Assembly: GCF_001194135.2 (NCBI RefSeq)
Contig: NC_068994.1
Span: 21,050,199-21,114,064, forward strand
DNA: 63,866 nt
From: Octopus bimaculoides
Lineage: Eukaryota
Direction of reading: 5' to 3'
Numbering within the stretch: the first letter of the stretch is position 1; the number at the start of each line of letters is the position of its first letter. Below the pieces are notes generated by a model. The model made no database searches, was not told where the DNA came from, and worked only from the letters and a program-made list of their open reading frames with translations. A program made the translations under genes and the position numbers. This document shows, in pieces, positions 1 to 13,271 of this stretch.

Positions 1-155
1 CCTGGAGCAGACATGGAAGTGGAGCATTTTGGATGAGCTCAGGACCACCGGCGTGACATGGGAAGCAGTCAAGTAACACGTCAATGACCACAAAAAGTGG
101 AAAATAACTGTTGAGGCCCTATGCTCCACAGGGGGGAAAAAGGATTAAGAAGAAG
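1..155 (+). mobile_element. 3' end of an RTE-clade LINE (SR2/Perere-3-like C-terminus)
   Basis: Translates as TW-x-SILDELRTTGVTWEAVK*HVNDHKKWKITVEALCSTGGKKD* (stop 146-148), followed by a short (AAG)n tail. Resembles the 'WR..V.ALC' RTE ORF2 C-terminus. Confidence 0.65.
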
Positions 156-344
156 TATGATGTTTATGTATAGGTCCAACTATTAATTTGTCTTTCAAAT
201 AAATTGGTACCATCACTGAGACTTATAAGAATGGTCTTAGATACAAGAAGGCTGAGGACTTCTGATGTAGAGTGTTTGCTACTAGCTTATAACGTCTTCT
301 ATTACATTTCATTAAATCTTATTCATTTTGTTTTTTTTTACCAG

Positions 345-465
345 AGCCAACTCTGAAATAGACAAAGTGCGACGTAGTACTTCTGCAGAAATTGCAAAAT
401 TGGAAGCTGCATTGAAAAAGAGTGAGGTTCAGGTTCAGTCGATGGAAAGGACAATAGAACAGAAA
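345..465 (+). CDS. TACC: TACC-family protein, penultimate coding exon (TACC coiled-coil domain)
   Basis: Poly-T tract + CAG acceptor (342-344) and GTAAGT donor (466). Encodes (R)ANSEIDKVRRSTSAEIAKLEAALKKSEVQVQSMERTIEQK, matching the TACC domain (cf. vertebrate [41 protein letters not shown]). Confidence 0.93.
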
Positions 466-530
466 GTAAGTAATTTTCTTTCTATTTTCTTAGTCCCCCC
501 TCCCCTTTTTTTTCTTAGTTTAGTCTGAAC

Positions 531-700
531 ACGTGTTTAGTTCCAAGACAGCTATGCTTAAGCAAACTTATGATCAAAGTCATTGCCTCTATGGGTAATC
601 CTTCATTTTTGTGTATTTATGATTATATCATCCAAAATGTAATTATATTTTTAGATACAAGAGGGTGATTTGGTTGCTATTTTTCTCAATATACCAGACC
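531..700 (+). repeat. Degraded copy of an unclassified dispersed repeat (GTTTAG..CCAGG..AAGCAGACCTATGATCAAAG type)
   Basis: Similar to 20530-20710 (opposite strand), 20870-20945 and 54840-54895. Confidence 0.45.
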
Positions 701-1849
701 ATGTGACAAACAGCTGTATGAAAAAGAACACTGGAGTCTGTTGAGATTTTTGGCAAACAAAATTTTATTCTTTTCACACACAAAAAACAAATGTCATCAC
801 TATGCATGACAAAATGTCCTGAGAGTTTTGAATATTTTTCTTGGTTTATTTGTAGCAGCAGATAAAGTGTGGTTAGTTGCTTGCTGTGCTACTGTCTTTC
901 ATCCTCTGACTGTTCATTGCCTTTGCATTGACAGATGCTATCCACCATCTCCTACAGTGACTGTCAATGCTCTCCCTCTCTCTGCTGCTGCTGCTGCATC
1001 CCAAAGCTCTCTATCATGATGTCATGATATGTTGAATTTATAAGAGGCTCTGAAGGAAGTGTGACAAAAAGTGAAATTGTTGCTAGAGCCTATTCCATGT
1101 GAAGTCATGATTGGTCAGATTTTGTTGATTGTATGGGTAATATTCTAGTGATTGCTGAATATTCCCATCACACACCCTTTAGTTATGAGCCACCATTTAC
1201 TTAGAAAACATCACCTCTCATCTGTTTTAGTTTGATTGGTTGATTTAATTTCATCTTTTTTTTTATATTGACACTTTGATTTAACTTATTGAAGAATGAA
1301 ATGGATTTGCTTAAGAGTGAATGATACTGTTATAGTAAAGTGGCATAATTATTAGTGGATATAATCAGTATCTTAAAGTGATCCCAATTTAAATCTGCCT
1401 TAACAAACTGCAAGAAGGTTAAGATTTCTAATAAGCTGATATTGTAATTCAAGAGGTAGGTTGGTACTTTTCTGTGTCTGTAGCCAAAACACTTTACTCT
1501 CATATAGCACAGTCCTGCTCCTTTAAACAATGACGGTAGTATAAAACTGCTGTATGTTGCATCCATGGTTCTGTAATCAGCTAATGAAAGATTCACTATG
1601 ACTCGAAACTCCCAATTCAAATTCATAATAATAGAATTGGATGGCAACAGAGAATCATGGGAACCCACAAAAAGTTTTATGTCAACATTACCAGTCTAAC
1701 ATGGAGGAGGATGGTCTGGTCACTAGCAGAAGGATCATTTGCCATAGAAAATTATACGAAATAACATCTTGATGTCACTCCTAGAACCCAAAAGTTTTTA
1801 AGACTTAACTCCCTACTATTGTAGTCTCTACTCTTACTTTCAACCATAA

Positions 1850-2066
1850 CCCTTTAGCATTTAATCCAGCCATATCTGGCCCAAATATTCTACTTGTTTT
1901 ATTTTAAAACTGACCAGATCCAACCTCTCACACCTACCCTATTGTCATTCTGAAAATATAGACTCACCATGGAAATCTCAAAGCTACGAAATAACGTGAG
2001 ATTATTTCAAAACAATGTGAATAAATAAGCATTACGTTTAAGCAAAGAAATCTAATTGTTAATCAG
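1850..2066. mobile_element. piggyBac-like TTAA MITE, family A (degraded)
   Basis: Starts ataa|CCCTTTAGCATT and ends in a decayed TIR + TTAA (2067-2070). Its body is the reverse complement of 35431-35651. Confidence 0.7.
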
Positions 2067-2253
2067 TTAATATGGTACTTATATTTTTGTTTACTGACAA
2101 AAGGAAAGAAACAAATATTAATGTAAGCAGGATTTCAGCTAAAAGAAAAAAGTAGGTTTCCCAAATAAATAGCATTGACTTTTCTCTGCCTGAGATGTCC
2201 ACAGTTCCTTGTCTTGAACATTAATTGATCTTGTTCTCTTTTTTTTCTTTTAG

Positions 2254-2322
2254 GCATTAGAGAATCAGGAATTAACTGCCATCTGTGATGAATTGATTGC
2301 TAAAGTTGGAGATGTGTCGTAG
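2254..2322 (+). CDS. TACC: TACC-family protein, last coding exon
   Basis: Pyrimidine tract + TAG acceptor (2251-2253), phase 0 matching the previous exon. Encodes ALENQELTAICDELIAKVGDVS* (cf. TKENEELTRICDDLISKM). Stop TAG at 2320-2322. Confidence 0.93.
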   Translation, partial: ALENQELTAICDELIAKVGDVS

Positions 2323-3029
2323 CAGTGACTTATTAACCACCCAACCCCTATCCCTTTCTAACAGACTATCATTTAGCTTTATTTTTTTTTTTCTTTGCTA
2401 TCTCCTCTCTACATAAAAACTTTGATTCCTTGTTCTTCTGTTGTTTATTCCAAACTTTGAATGTATATTTTTCGTTTTCTGATTCACTACAATCTTTTGT
2501 TATATATTAGTGTTAGCACTGAACTTACTGTAAGCAATGTATCATTTTTATTTCATATTTTTTCAGTTATTATCTCTTTAGCCAATGTTTAACTTTCATT
2601 GAAGCAATATGAAAATGTTTTGTGCTTAACTTAAGAAATATATTACTCTTAAAAACAGTGTCAGTGCATATCAATTTGACCTATTAGGGGTCTTTTTATT
2701 TATTTTTTATTTTTGTTACTGTTGAAATTCTTCAACACTGAACTTGGAAACAAATTTTTTTTGTTTTTTTTTTTTTCCCACAAAATTTCACATTTAAACT
2801 GTAATTTTTTTCTCATTACTGTTGATCTGTGATTTAAAATAACTTGCTCTTTTACACAAGAACCATAGTTCGATTATATTTTTTGTATTTATATAAGGAT
2901 GTATATGTTGTTCATACACACACACAAAGATATATATAATTGCTACAAAAGTATGTGTGTATTTTGTATACATCTTTACACACACACACATTGTGCATTC
3001 AGGCACACTCTGGTGTGTGTGTATGTGTA

Positions 3030-3033
3030 ATTA

Positions 3034-3069
<36 letters not shown>

Positions 3070-3260
3070 TATATATAGTTAAGTATNNNNNNNNNNTATA
3101 TATATATATACAATTATATATAGTTAAGTATATATATATATATATATAGTTATATATATATATATATATAGTTATAAATATATATATATATATACATATG
3201 TAATACATATATATATAATTATATATACATACACATATACACACACAGACATACATCAAA
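3030..3260. repeat. (AT)n/(AC)n microsatellite with a 10-N gap (3087-3096)
   Basis: Seen directly. Confidence 0.95.
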
Positions 3261-3674
3261 CGTGTGTATTTGCATAAAGATAAAATGTTATATTTCACAA
3301 GTTCAATACTGTTTTACCATTTGCCTAGTAAACAATATTGAAATACCTTTTGATTGGCGCTTGAATCTCTCAGATTATATGATCTGGCTCTGGTCAATGT
3401 TCTTCTTAATATAGTTGATATCATTGCTTTCTTGGATTCTCCCTCCTTCTGTTGTAACCCAAGGGCTCTGCTGGAATCAGAGACCAAAATTTTTCCTCAA
3501 CTTTTTGTGCTTTATGCCTTTCCTAGTCCTTCCCTTTCTCAGTCTCCAATCACAGTATCATTACAGATACGTGATTAATACAATTCCCCATTGTCGTCCA
3601 GATTATTTTCTGAAACCCCTGTGAATTGATTCACTTTAAAAGCCCATGTTCTGATGAAATTATGTTTATTATTA

Positions 3675-3697
3675 AATAAAAATAAATTTAAAATAAA
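3675..3697 (+). terminator. Candidate polyadenylation signals for TACC (three AATAAA)
   Basis: AATAAA at 3675, 3681 and 3692, followed by a T-rich stretch. Would give a ~1.35-kb 3'UTR. Not unique in AT-rich DNA. Confidence 0.35.
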
Positions 3698-4854
3698 AGT
3701 TTATTTATTTATTTATTTAAAGAATTTAAAAGAAATTTTTTTAATTCTTTAATCACCAGAATTTTTTTTTTTTATTACAATTCTAGAATGGAAGCTTTTA
3801 AATACCAGTCTTATACTGCAGTCAGTTCATTTACCATCATCATTATCATCATAAATAATGCATTTTGTTATGTATTTGGCAATACACATAGCTGTCAAGA
3901 ATAGGTACTAGATTGATAAAAAGTATTGGTCAAATACTGATATCAGTTTAATTGATCTTTTTCCCTGCCTCAAATTTTATGGCATTGTTTGTTTGGTATT
4001 ACTTACTTCAACAACCAGAAAATTAATTATAGACTGGAGCAGTCTAAAATAACATTCTCTTTTGCATTCAGGAATATCAATTGAAGGACTTCATCTTTGT
4101 TATCAGTTAGACATTTTTCATGTTAGCTCAAGTTAAATCCAATAAATCATCCCTCCATTTTTAATTCTGCATCCTCTGGCATGAGAATATGCTGGAGTTC
4201 TACAACTGTTGCCATTGGTACCAGCACTATAGAAATTTTCATCTTATGCTTTCTGCCTATGACACCACTCCGTAATAATTTGAATTACTATGAAGAAAAT
4301 GGGCAAGCACTAGAGAAGCTGTCTTGTCAAATCTGGAGCTTTCCACTCCATGTTGGTTGCTATCTTAGTGAAAAAAAAGGTAGTGATGTGCTCCTTAGCA
4401 GAGCAGGTTACTCTGTTGCCTTAGTCTGCCTAGATGATACTTTCACTTCATAGTTGAATGTTTAAGAATAAAAATATTCCCAGTGAAACATCATTATTGT
4501 GATTAGTATCAGTGACATAAGGTTTTCACCAGATCACTTACCAGAGAGTAGGTTATCCATTGACTCCTGAGCCTGATGATTTTATCAGTTGCCAACTGTT
4601 CCCTGCAGCATAGCTAATAATAAAGGGTCCTCCTCAAGAGACATTGTTTACTTCTGAACAGTTTCCTTCATACTGCTTTAATATTATCTTCAAAACCATT
4701 TTCTTTTCTCCAAACAGTTCCCTACCTTCCCCTTATCTGGTTGTATGATGATTGCCTGCTACATTAGACTGTCCAGTGATTGACATAGAAGCTTCTTGGG
4801 TTATATTAGTAAACATGGCTGCTTAATTGATTAGTTTTCACACTTATTTTGTAT

Positions 4855-4960
4855 TGATGGAGTGACAGAATCAGTAGATCAGTGGATAAAAATATCTTGC
4901 AGTATTTTGTTGTCTTTTTACATTCTGAGTTCAAATCCTGCTACGGTTAACTTTGCCCTA
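4855..4960 (+). mobile_element. SINE type 1 5' fragment (tRNA-derived head)
   Basis: ...ACATTCTGAGTTCAAATCCTGCTACGGTTAACTTTGCC resembles the head of the copy at 17407. Confidence 0.55.
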
Positions 4961-7799
4961 AATAATCAGACATATATAAATTGCTCTCCCAAAATGTGGT
5001 CTTGTGTCAATATTAGAAATTATGATTTTGCTTTAATAAGTCTAACTGTTCCATTTTCCAGTCCACAGTTGAAACTTGTACCAATGGGAGAAATCACTAA
5101 TAATTTTATTGACCCCCAAACACAGGATCTTTGGATTCATTTGTGTGACATTTCTGGAAAAAACATGAATTTTTCTCCAGACCATTCATTAACTTTTTAA
5201 ACCTTGCCATATAAAACCAGAGTATACAAGAAAGTAGAGGTAAAAGTTATATAAATTCCTCAAAAACTCAAATTTATCAATAAGTTTCTATTCTTTTAAA
5301 CAAATGTTTTATGAAATTATTAATTTAAGTATTGATGTACATTTTTTCCTGCAAAGTATTTAACGAGTCAAAGCACCATAATTCTCACATAGATCACAGG
5401 CCCAAAGCTTTAAATTTTAAGGAGATGATTGTGTTGATGTTTTGTAGCAGTGACTGTAGTTAAATGGCTCTACTTATAAAATTTATTTAGGTTGTAGTCT
5501 TTATTTCTCAAGAGCTTATTTTTACTACACAGTACTTAACATGATAAATACTATGCTAACTGGATCCGAAGCAGTTAGATATGTTGTAGTCAGTTTGTGA
5601 ATTGGATTTTTTTTTAATAGAAGGAAGAGGAGGTGGAGTCCTTTCCAAGATTTTAAAATGGGCTTAAGTTAATTTCATCTTATTTGGTTACTGAAAGGGA
5701 CTGAGGAGTACTTGACCTGAGACGGTATTCAAAATAGCTAACAATACCACCATCCAACAACCCTTATTTCTTACACATTTTACCAAAGTTGCAGTAGAAA
5801 AGCTATTAATAATCATTATTTTACCAAGCCCTTTATAATACTGATTTTAAATATCAATAAGTTTTGCTTTGGCAGAAAAATAATTGCAAATTTTTCAAAG
5901 ATTTAGTTTAATAAATCTAAAGTTTGAATTAAAATATTTATTAAAATTTTAAAGATATTTTATCAGCGTAGTTTGCCAGCATTTGAAGAATAAGCAAAAA
6001 AACTTATTGGCTGTAAATTTAAAGAAGCTATCTTCATCAGTGTTAATTGTTTAAATGATACTGCTAAAGCACATAATCTATTTAATACAAGCATGTGTGT
6101 GTGTATCAGAGAAGTTTCAGAGTCTGTGATTTTGTAGATGTGGTTGCTAATAGCATGAGACTGTTGAGTTTATCTATATGAGTGAAAGTGGTTGAGTGTT
6201 ATATATGAATGAGAATGGGAAGATTGTTGCAGAAAGCAACATGGAGTTGATCAAGAATTAATGACAATAGTTTTATTAAGATTAGATTTAGATTAATCAA
6301 AGAAAGAAAAGCATTAGAGTTCGCTTGAAGTAGTACAGAAGTAGAAAAAAAAGGAAAATATAGAAAGTTTCTAATAATGCAGAAAGTTTTACAAAATCCT
6401 TTGTATTTCAGGTGCAAAGGCCTAACCTCAGAAGGAAACAGTCCAAGAAAAAAAATTTTTTTAATGGTTTTTGTGAAACATTCTGCATTGTTAGGAGCTT
6501 TCTTTGTTTTCCTTTTCTCTTTCTAATCAAAGAAAATTAATATTTCTTAGATACAGAGTTCAGCACTAATGTAATAACATTACTACCCTAACTAAAATGT
6601 CTAGTCTGACATTTCTGTTCATATCAAAAACAAAGGAAAATGAAATGAGAAGGGAGAAACAAGCTTAGAAACAAAAAAAATTTTTTTTTTATTCATATTC
6701 CCACTCCCATGAAACTTTTTAAAATTATGGAAAAAGAATAAAAATAGGTATCCACCCTTCCCCCTTTTACCCTTTATCCTGCCAATGTTTGACATAAATT
6801 ATTTTTAAAGAATGAGTATTTAATCCTCAGGTAATTCTTCCCATTTGGAAACTGTCCATAACTGTTTAGCTCCCTATTTAGTTTAAGTTTACTGCTTCAC
6901 AATGCCATTTATTTTCGTCCTACAAATTTTTTCTGATGTTTTTCTCTTTTTTGTATATTTTTATGTTGTTATTTTGTCAGTATTTAAGTATTTTGTTCTT
7001 GTGTTCTGAATTACTGTGTAGGCTGGGATAAGAATATTCTGCACTGTTTTAGAAGAGCTATTTGCTGGCTAATTTTATAGAGTGTCAACTCTACTTTGTT
7101 CTCAAATGGCTCAGTCCATCTGGCTATAAAATAGTTACTACAACTTCATAATGCCCCACAACACTACAAGCAGTGTGATCATGTTAAAAATAAGTGTTTA
7201 TTACTGTATTTGTAATTCCAACTTAACAGATTTTACTTCAAAGTGGGAAGAGTGGTTCCAAAGTGAGATTAACACCGAAAGATTTCTGTAATAGGAAATA
7301 CACCAAAGCAAAACATCAGAACATCATTTAACGGTGTCAACAATGTAAACCTGCTTGGTTAATTTTAAGCTTTGATCAGCCAAGCAGTGAGGTAAATAGC
7401 TCATCATATGGTTCTCGTAATGAATATTATTTTGATTTGTAACTTTTGTAATACCTGCAGAATTGTCCTGCCATTTCTACACAAATGTCTTAAAGTTCTG
7501 CTTTCGGTTTGTATTTTATATGCAGGAGAGGTTTTTTTTTTATCAGATTAAGCATAAGCAAATACACCATTAGATGTTGCAAACAATTACGAATATCTTA
7601 AATAGAAACTTTGATTCCACAGTAAATTGTTACATTGTTGAATATTCCTGGCCTTCAAAATGTTCAGCTAAAAAGCAAAGAAACTGCATCTTATGTGCAT
7701 AAGTATGAAATTCTGTCAAGAATAAACCTTCTGTACTTGAGACTTTTGCCTGCTTGTCTCTGAACAGTTCTAATTTCAGGTTGGCTTCTTAAGGTTCAG

Positions 7800-8300
7800 C
7801 TACAGTTGCTGGTAGTGTGAAGGTTAAAGCCACATTCATCCACAAAAATTATTGATTTTCCAAAAGGAATTAATTTTCACATACCATTTAGTACATGCAT
7901 GTCTAGTAATAAGATTGAGTCAATTTCTATTCTCAGGCACTAGAACCAGCATCTACAATCTTTGAGTAATGCTTCTCGTTTTTATATAGTCAATTATTCT
8001 GTTTACAGGCTTCAAATTAATGTCTATGGACTGAGCAAGGTCCTTGCACTCGAATCCATGAGCATAATCTGTAAGCTGATCATGAGTTTTGTTGGACACT
8101 GGTATCATCTGTATCCTACATCCACTTGATGCTACTTGTGAAAGCATTACAACAAAACATTATTTAGAGAACGGTTTCAGTGAAATGTACTCACTTTGAA
8201 ACGACTGTTCTCATTTTGATGTGATATGTGTTGAATTACAAACACTGTAGTGAACTTGCTCTCTGCTGGCTATGTATACAATATAAATACTAAGACTTCA
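7800..8300 (-). mobile_element. Possible very old hAT (Charlie/Buster-like) transposase remnant
   Basis: ORF 7953-8147 'LKPVNRIIDYIKTRSITQRL' weakly resembles the hAT 'VKIVNFIKSR..NSRLF' motif. No TIRs seen. Confidence 0.25.
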
Positions 8301-9294
8301 AACAGTGCCCTGACTATCCAGTACTTAGGCAGGTTACAAAAGTCTAAACTATACACACACACACACACATCTTCAGTCAAAAACTGTGATCACCTGGAAG
8401 TTTTAAGGAAGAAAGAACTTAATGTTTTATGATTTTTGAGAGTGAAAAGGGTTAGGTGTTTGTGTAAATGAGAATGAATTTCACAGAGCATGAAAAGCAA
8501 GCTTATTTGGACTTCTTTTGTCAACAAAGGATGCAGACATCAGGAGACATGCACACAATAATAAAACAAGATAAACATTTGACTGCCTTGAACAGTCTGG
8601 CTGAAATGCATGATCTTTTGCATCTGTACAAAGGCCTTAGGCAGGAGGCAGTTGTGGAAATTTTTACTGAATTGATGTTAACATTGTAAAATTGCAAATA
8701 AACAAATTAAAACTTATTTATGTTTCTTTTCCTTTTTAAGTTAACTTTCCACTGTATTCATGATACCAGTCATCTTTCATTGTGTGTTCAGTGATTATTT
8801 GTTGTTCAAATTCAGATACAAATTTACACTCCTAAAACACTGAGCCAGGTCAATAAAAGCTGGCGGGGGGAGGGGGGATCTTACTGGATTGTTTAGCAAA
8901 TAAGAATATTTTGCAAGGATTGTTGTACAACTTATGAATTGAACCACCATTGACCACCATTTAGTTAAAAACCAAATTTCCATCTTCGGTGTAGTTTATT
9001 TAGTCCCCAGTTTCACTTGTCTCGCACTGACAAATTTCATTTGAGGTAAAAATGTGAATATTACAATGCAGATTTCCCCTTCCTTAAACTAGATATCTGT
9101 GACTTCATACCTGCAAAGTAGTCATGAAATTAAGTATACAAAGATAGTAAGTTGTTGGATTAATGGCCTTCTAGAACAACTGCATGTATGAGAGTTATCT
9201 TCAGATCATACTTCCCCAAAACAATTTTATTAAATGTATTTGAAAACAGCCAATGTTAGCAGCAAAGTTGAACTTTCAATAAGCCAGTACACTA

Positions 9295-9680
9295 TAATCT
9301 AACTACATTTTTTTCTCACTCTAACTTCCATGGTCTTGTCCAGCAATCTGATACCTCTGTAATTACTCTTGTCTAAGGTGTCACCTTTATCTTTGTAGCA
9401 GTAGCAGTTGACTATAATGCTGCTACACCAGTCATTGGGTACAATTCCTTCATGGACAACCTCATTAACTATAGGGGTGACTACTCCATAACCCACTCCA
9501 CCAGATATTTTAAGCATCTCAAGTGATTCCTAAAGGACTGGGGGCTTTCCCTGTCTTCCTATCATTAATTGCTTTATCTACCAAGCTGGTCCTTCTGTTG
9601 AGTCCACTTTAGGAAGATTCTCCTCCCATGCATTCTCTACATTTAGCAGTCTTTCATAGTGGCATTTCCAAGTCTCTTTC
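9295..9680 (-). mobile_element. RTE-clade LINE fragment (linker + RT N-terminus)
   Basis: ENAWEENLPKVDSTEGPA...MLKISG...VPNDWCSSIIVNCY..DKGDTLDKSNYRGIRLLDKTM, typical of RTE RT domains 0-1. Confidence 0.85.
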
Positions 9681-9699
9681 TTTGAATATATATACATAT

Positions 9700-9835
9700 A
9701 TAGGTTTCTTTTAGTTTCCATCTACCAAATCCACCCACAAGGTTTTGGTCAGCCCAGGGCTTTAATAGAAGACACTTGCCCAAGGTGCTACTCAGTAGGA
9801 CTGATCCCAAGACCACAAGGTTGAACAGGCTTCCT
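9700..9835 (-). mobile_element. SINE type 2 (tRNA head + CCTTGGGCAAGTGTCTTCT core)
   Basis: Same family as 37510-37630 and 38320-38455. Confidence 0.7.
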
Positions 9836-10003
9836 CAGTTTCTGTCAACTAATTCTATTCCCAAAGTTGACCCACAGCTAGAACGCCAAACAACATTTGC
9901 GTATTAGGACCAAACCCCCAACCATACAACCATAACATATGAAAAATGGAGTGTTTAGTCAGATTTATTATAATTGCTGAGTAAAATATTGAATGAAATC
10001 ATA

Positions 10004-11146
10004 TCAGGTTGAGTAAAAAGTATGTAACATTTGGAACCATGAAGAATTTGTACTAGATTTTGAATTTTTTTTAAACATTTTTTTGCAATTGTTTGATAAT
10101 ATAAACATAGACTTGTCCAAATACATCAATAAACTAACATTAATATTTTTTTCACCATTGTTACAATCATCTGAAATGGAACTGTCAGAGCATGATATCT
10201 GAGCAATTTTGCTATTCAACTTCAAAAAAGGACGTAAAGCAGTCGAAACTGCTCGCAATATCAACAGAACATTTGGTGAGGAAATGACTAGTGAGTGGTC
10301 AGTTCGAAAATGGTTTAAACAATTTCGCAGTGGAGACTTGAGCCTTGAAGATCATGAGTGTAGTGGCTGCCCATCTGTCATCGATAACGGTCAATTAAAA
10401 ACCGTCATTGAGAAAGATCCACGTAAAACCACTCGAGAACTGGCAAAAGAACTTTAAGCTAGCCAGAAAACTGCCTGCAATTATTTGCATGTGTTTTGAA
10501 AATCAAAAAAGCTCAACAAATGGGTACCACACAATTTGAATGAAAATCAGAAAATGTGTGGCTATGAAATTTGCTTGTCACTCCTTCTCCATAACCAGAC
10601 CAATCCATTTCTCGACTGTATTGTAACTTGCAATGAAAAGTGGATTCTGTACATTAATAAAATCATTCTTCGCAGTGGTTGGACCAAAATGAAGCAGTGA
10701 AAACCTTCCCTAAACCCGAGCTATTCAAAAAGAAGGTTATGGTGACTGTTTGGTGGTGTACTGCTGGACTCATCCATTATAACTTCTTAAAACCCAGGTA
10801 AACCATTACTGCAGAAACATATTGCCATGACATTGCCAAAATGAATAAGAAAACTGCTACTCCTCCATCTCAGACTGGTCAACAGAAGAGGGCCAATCAT
10901 TCTTCATGACAATGCTCGACCAAACATTTCACTAATGATGCTCCAGAAGTTGAGGGCATTCACAGAGTTCATCAGCTCCAGAACTCCAGATTTTTATGTT
11001 ACTGGAATAAACAAACTTGTAACTCGCCAGTAAAAATGTGTTGATTGTAATGGTACTTACTTTGATGAATAAAATTTCCGCATTGTTGAAATATATTGTG
11101 ATGAATTTCATGTTTCAAAACGTTGCTTACTTTTTACTCAGCCTGA
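10004..11146 (+). mobile_element. Mariner (DD34D, Hsmar1/cecropia-like TIR) element, defective and internally deleted
   Basis: TA-flanked ~35-bp TIRs (TCAGGTTGAGTAAAAAGTA.../...TACTTTTTACTCAGCCTGA). Transposase pseudogene 10176-11072 with HTH, WVPHNL, TCNEKW, HDNARP and ...KCVDCNGTYFDE*; contains stops and frameshifts. Confidence 0.92.
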
Positions 11147-11639
11147 TATGTAACATTACCAGCAAGACTTGTTACATTAAAAAAATTCACACTTCTTAAT
11201 CAAATCAAAAAGAAAATTTAAAAGTGACATTTGAACTTTACCAGCAGAGATTGTAAAATTGCACTTTCTGTGAAGTAAGCATTATGGAAATCACACAATC
11301 ATTTTGTTTTTTTGTTTTTTCTGGGAAATCATTTAGCTGCATATTTAATTGTGTTTAAACTATTGAGTTTGTACAATGATATGCACTTGATCATGTCATA
11401 GATGTGCAGAATATTTATCATTTACTAATGAAAGTAGAGATTCTTTTTTTCACGCAATTATTCTTGATCATAGTAGCTAAGCAAACAGTACACAAGTGCA
11501 GAGAAATTGAAGGCAACTTTATATGGAGAGGAAAATGAAAACTGAGTAGTTGATTGCTGTTTTGGAATGTTGTGTGTCTAATCTCCAACTCTAGTGCACA
11601 CACAGACAAGTTTATTTCAATTCTTACTGAAGTTGGAGA

Positions 11640-11900
11640 AGGCAAACATAAGGAAATCTGTAGCACTTCTAAAATTTGAAGAGATGATCTCGTGGGTGAA
11701 GGAATGCAGAATAGTTAGGAGCAAATTCAGTACAACTGATATATTCTCAAGGCACTGGAAATCATAAAAACAATGGGAACATCACCCAACAACTTCAAAG
11801 TTGGTGTTGGGTAAAGTCAATGTTTTAAGAAGAGACATGATCTATCAGTCTATCACTAAACTCACAAGCGCAAAAACTGGTTGCAGAGTTTGAAAACAAA
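11640..11900 (+). mobile_element. pogo/Tigger-like remnant (CENP-B HTH)
   Basis: WVKECRIVRSKFSTTDI...FKVGVG*SQCFKKRHDLS resembles the CENP-B-type HTH 'FKAS.GW...FKKRH.L'. Confidence 0.4.
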
Positions 11901-12839
11901 TTGCTTTTCAACATTTCATCATTAGATGACAGAAAGCCATGGAGTATGATCCATAACAGATTGGGTATGCAGATCAAACCCTACTGATCTGTCATATCCC
12001 ACTGACAGATAGCTAATTTCAAGGGCCAGAAGACAGTCACTATCAACATCAGTAACAAAAAAACTTTTTCATCCATGAAACTGATTAAAAATAATATACA
12101 GTTACAACTGATTCAAATTTGAAGATTTCTCTGTTACTCTGAAACTAATTTAACTCCATACAATAAAAGCTGGTCCAAATGAAGACATTTTTATATTAGA
12201 TCATATGTAAAAATACTGAATATATCTATATTAACATATTTTAAGGAAAACTTAAACGATACATTTGAACTCAGGTATGAAACAATTGGCACATAGGTGC
12301 TATATAGTGACTATGCCAGTATTCTATAAACTCAGATGCATTTGCTCATCTATAGCTAGTGTAATTGAATCCTTAAATCAAAGATGCAAATAAAAATGTA
12401 CTAATTAGAAAAATATTGAAACATCATGAAATTATATCTAATTTTAAAATACATCAGTTTAGTTTTTAAAAGAAATATCACACAGCACTAAAAACAGTAA
12501 ACTTCCATCAAATCATTTGAATAGATATTTTAGTAAACTTAGATCAGTATAGGGTTAGCAGATCAACAATGGTGATGCAATAGACAGGCGGAGGATGAGA
12601 GATGAGTAGTGGTTGGAGGTAGGGAAATGCTATGTAAAATGTGGATGGGAGACAGTATTAAGGATGAGGGATAGATATCAAGTAAAATGGTTTCTGGTAG
12701 TGAGAAAGATTAGTGATATCAAGGAAAGCTGCAGTTAAAGAGATGAAGGGCTGTGGGGGTGACTGGGAGGGGGGGGTATTGAGCAAAGGGCCCAGTTGTG
12801 CATACACACTCACACACAAGACTTCTAGAGCTCAGTTTC

Positions 12840-13270
12840 ACTAAGTTTCTCAAGAATTACATATCGCCAGTCATCATGGTCCCTTGTTATCTCCTCCATC
12901 AGGTTCAAGATCCTGAGATCAGCTTTCACCCCTTATCCCATGTCTTCCTCTTCTGCAAGCTCCATCAACATTAAATGATCAGCACTTCTTTACCATTCAT
13001 ACCTATCACATGTCCATACAAGTGCAGTTTTTTTTTTCATGCACACTACATGTGATTCCTTTTATGCCCAGTTTTTTTTTGCTGTTTTTCTCAGTACATT
13101 TGTACTGGCTTTCATGCATTACACATTCACTGGAGCATGCTCACATCATTTCTTTCCAGTCTTCCCAAGTCCACTGCATTCAAGGCTCATGTCTCATTAT
13201 CATGCAGCATCACAGTTCTAATGTAAGTGTCATACAACCTGCTCTTTGCTCTAAAGAAAAAGATCTTTGT
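12840..13270 (-). mobile_element. RTE LINE (host copy), ORF2 C-terminal part
   Basis: RLYDTYIRTVMLHDNET...LGIKGITCSV...LYGHVI.MN. Confidence 0.8.
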
Positions 13271-13271
13271 T

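Noticed and set aside
1330-1668. 112-aa minus-strand ORF in the TACC intron
   Set aside because: No clear motif; at best a very degraded RT fragment.
3040-3135. Direct repeat TATATACAATTATATATAGTTAAGTAT on both sides of the 10-N gap
   Set aside because: Most likely an unmerged contig overlap (assembly artefact), not a real duplication.
3310-3625. Protein-like frames on both strands (ORFs 3354, 3415 and a ~60-aa minus frame)
   Set aside because: No recognisable homology, no credible splice acceptor and no partner exons.
8468-8689. 73-aa ORF starting with ATG
   Set aside because: No homology or splice support; possibly TE debris.
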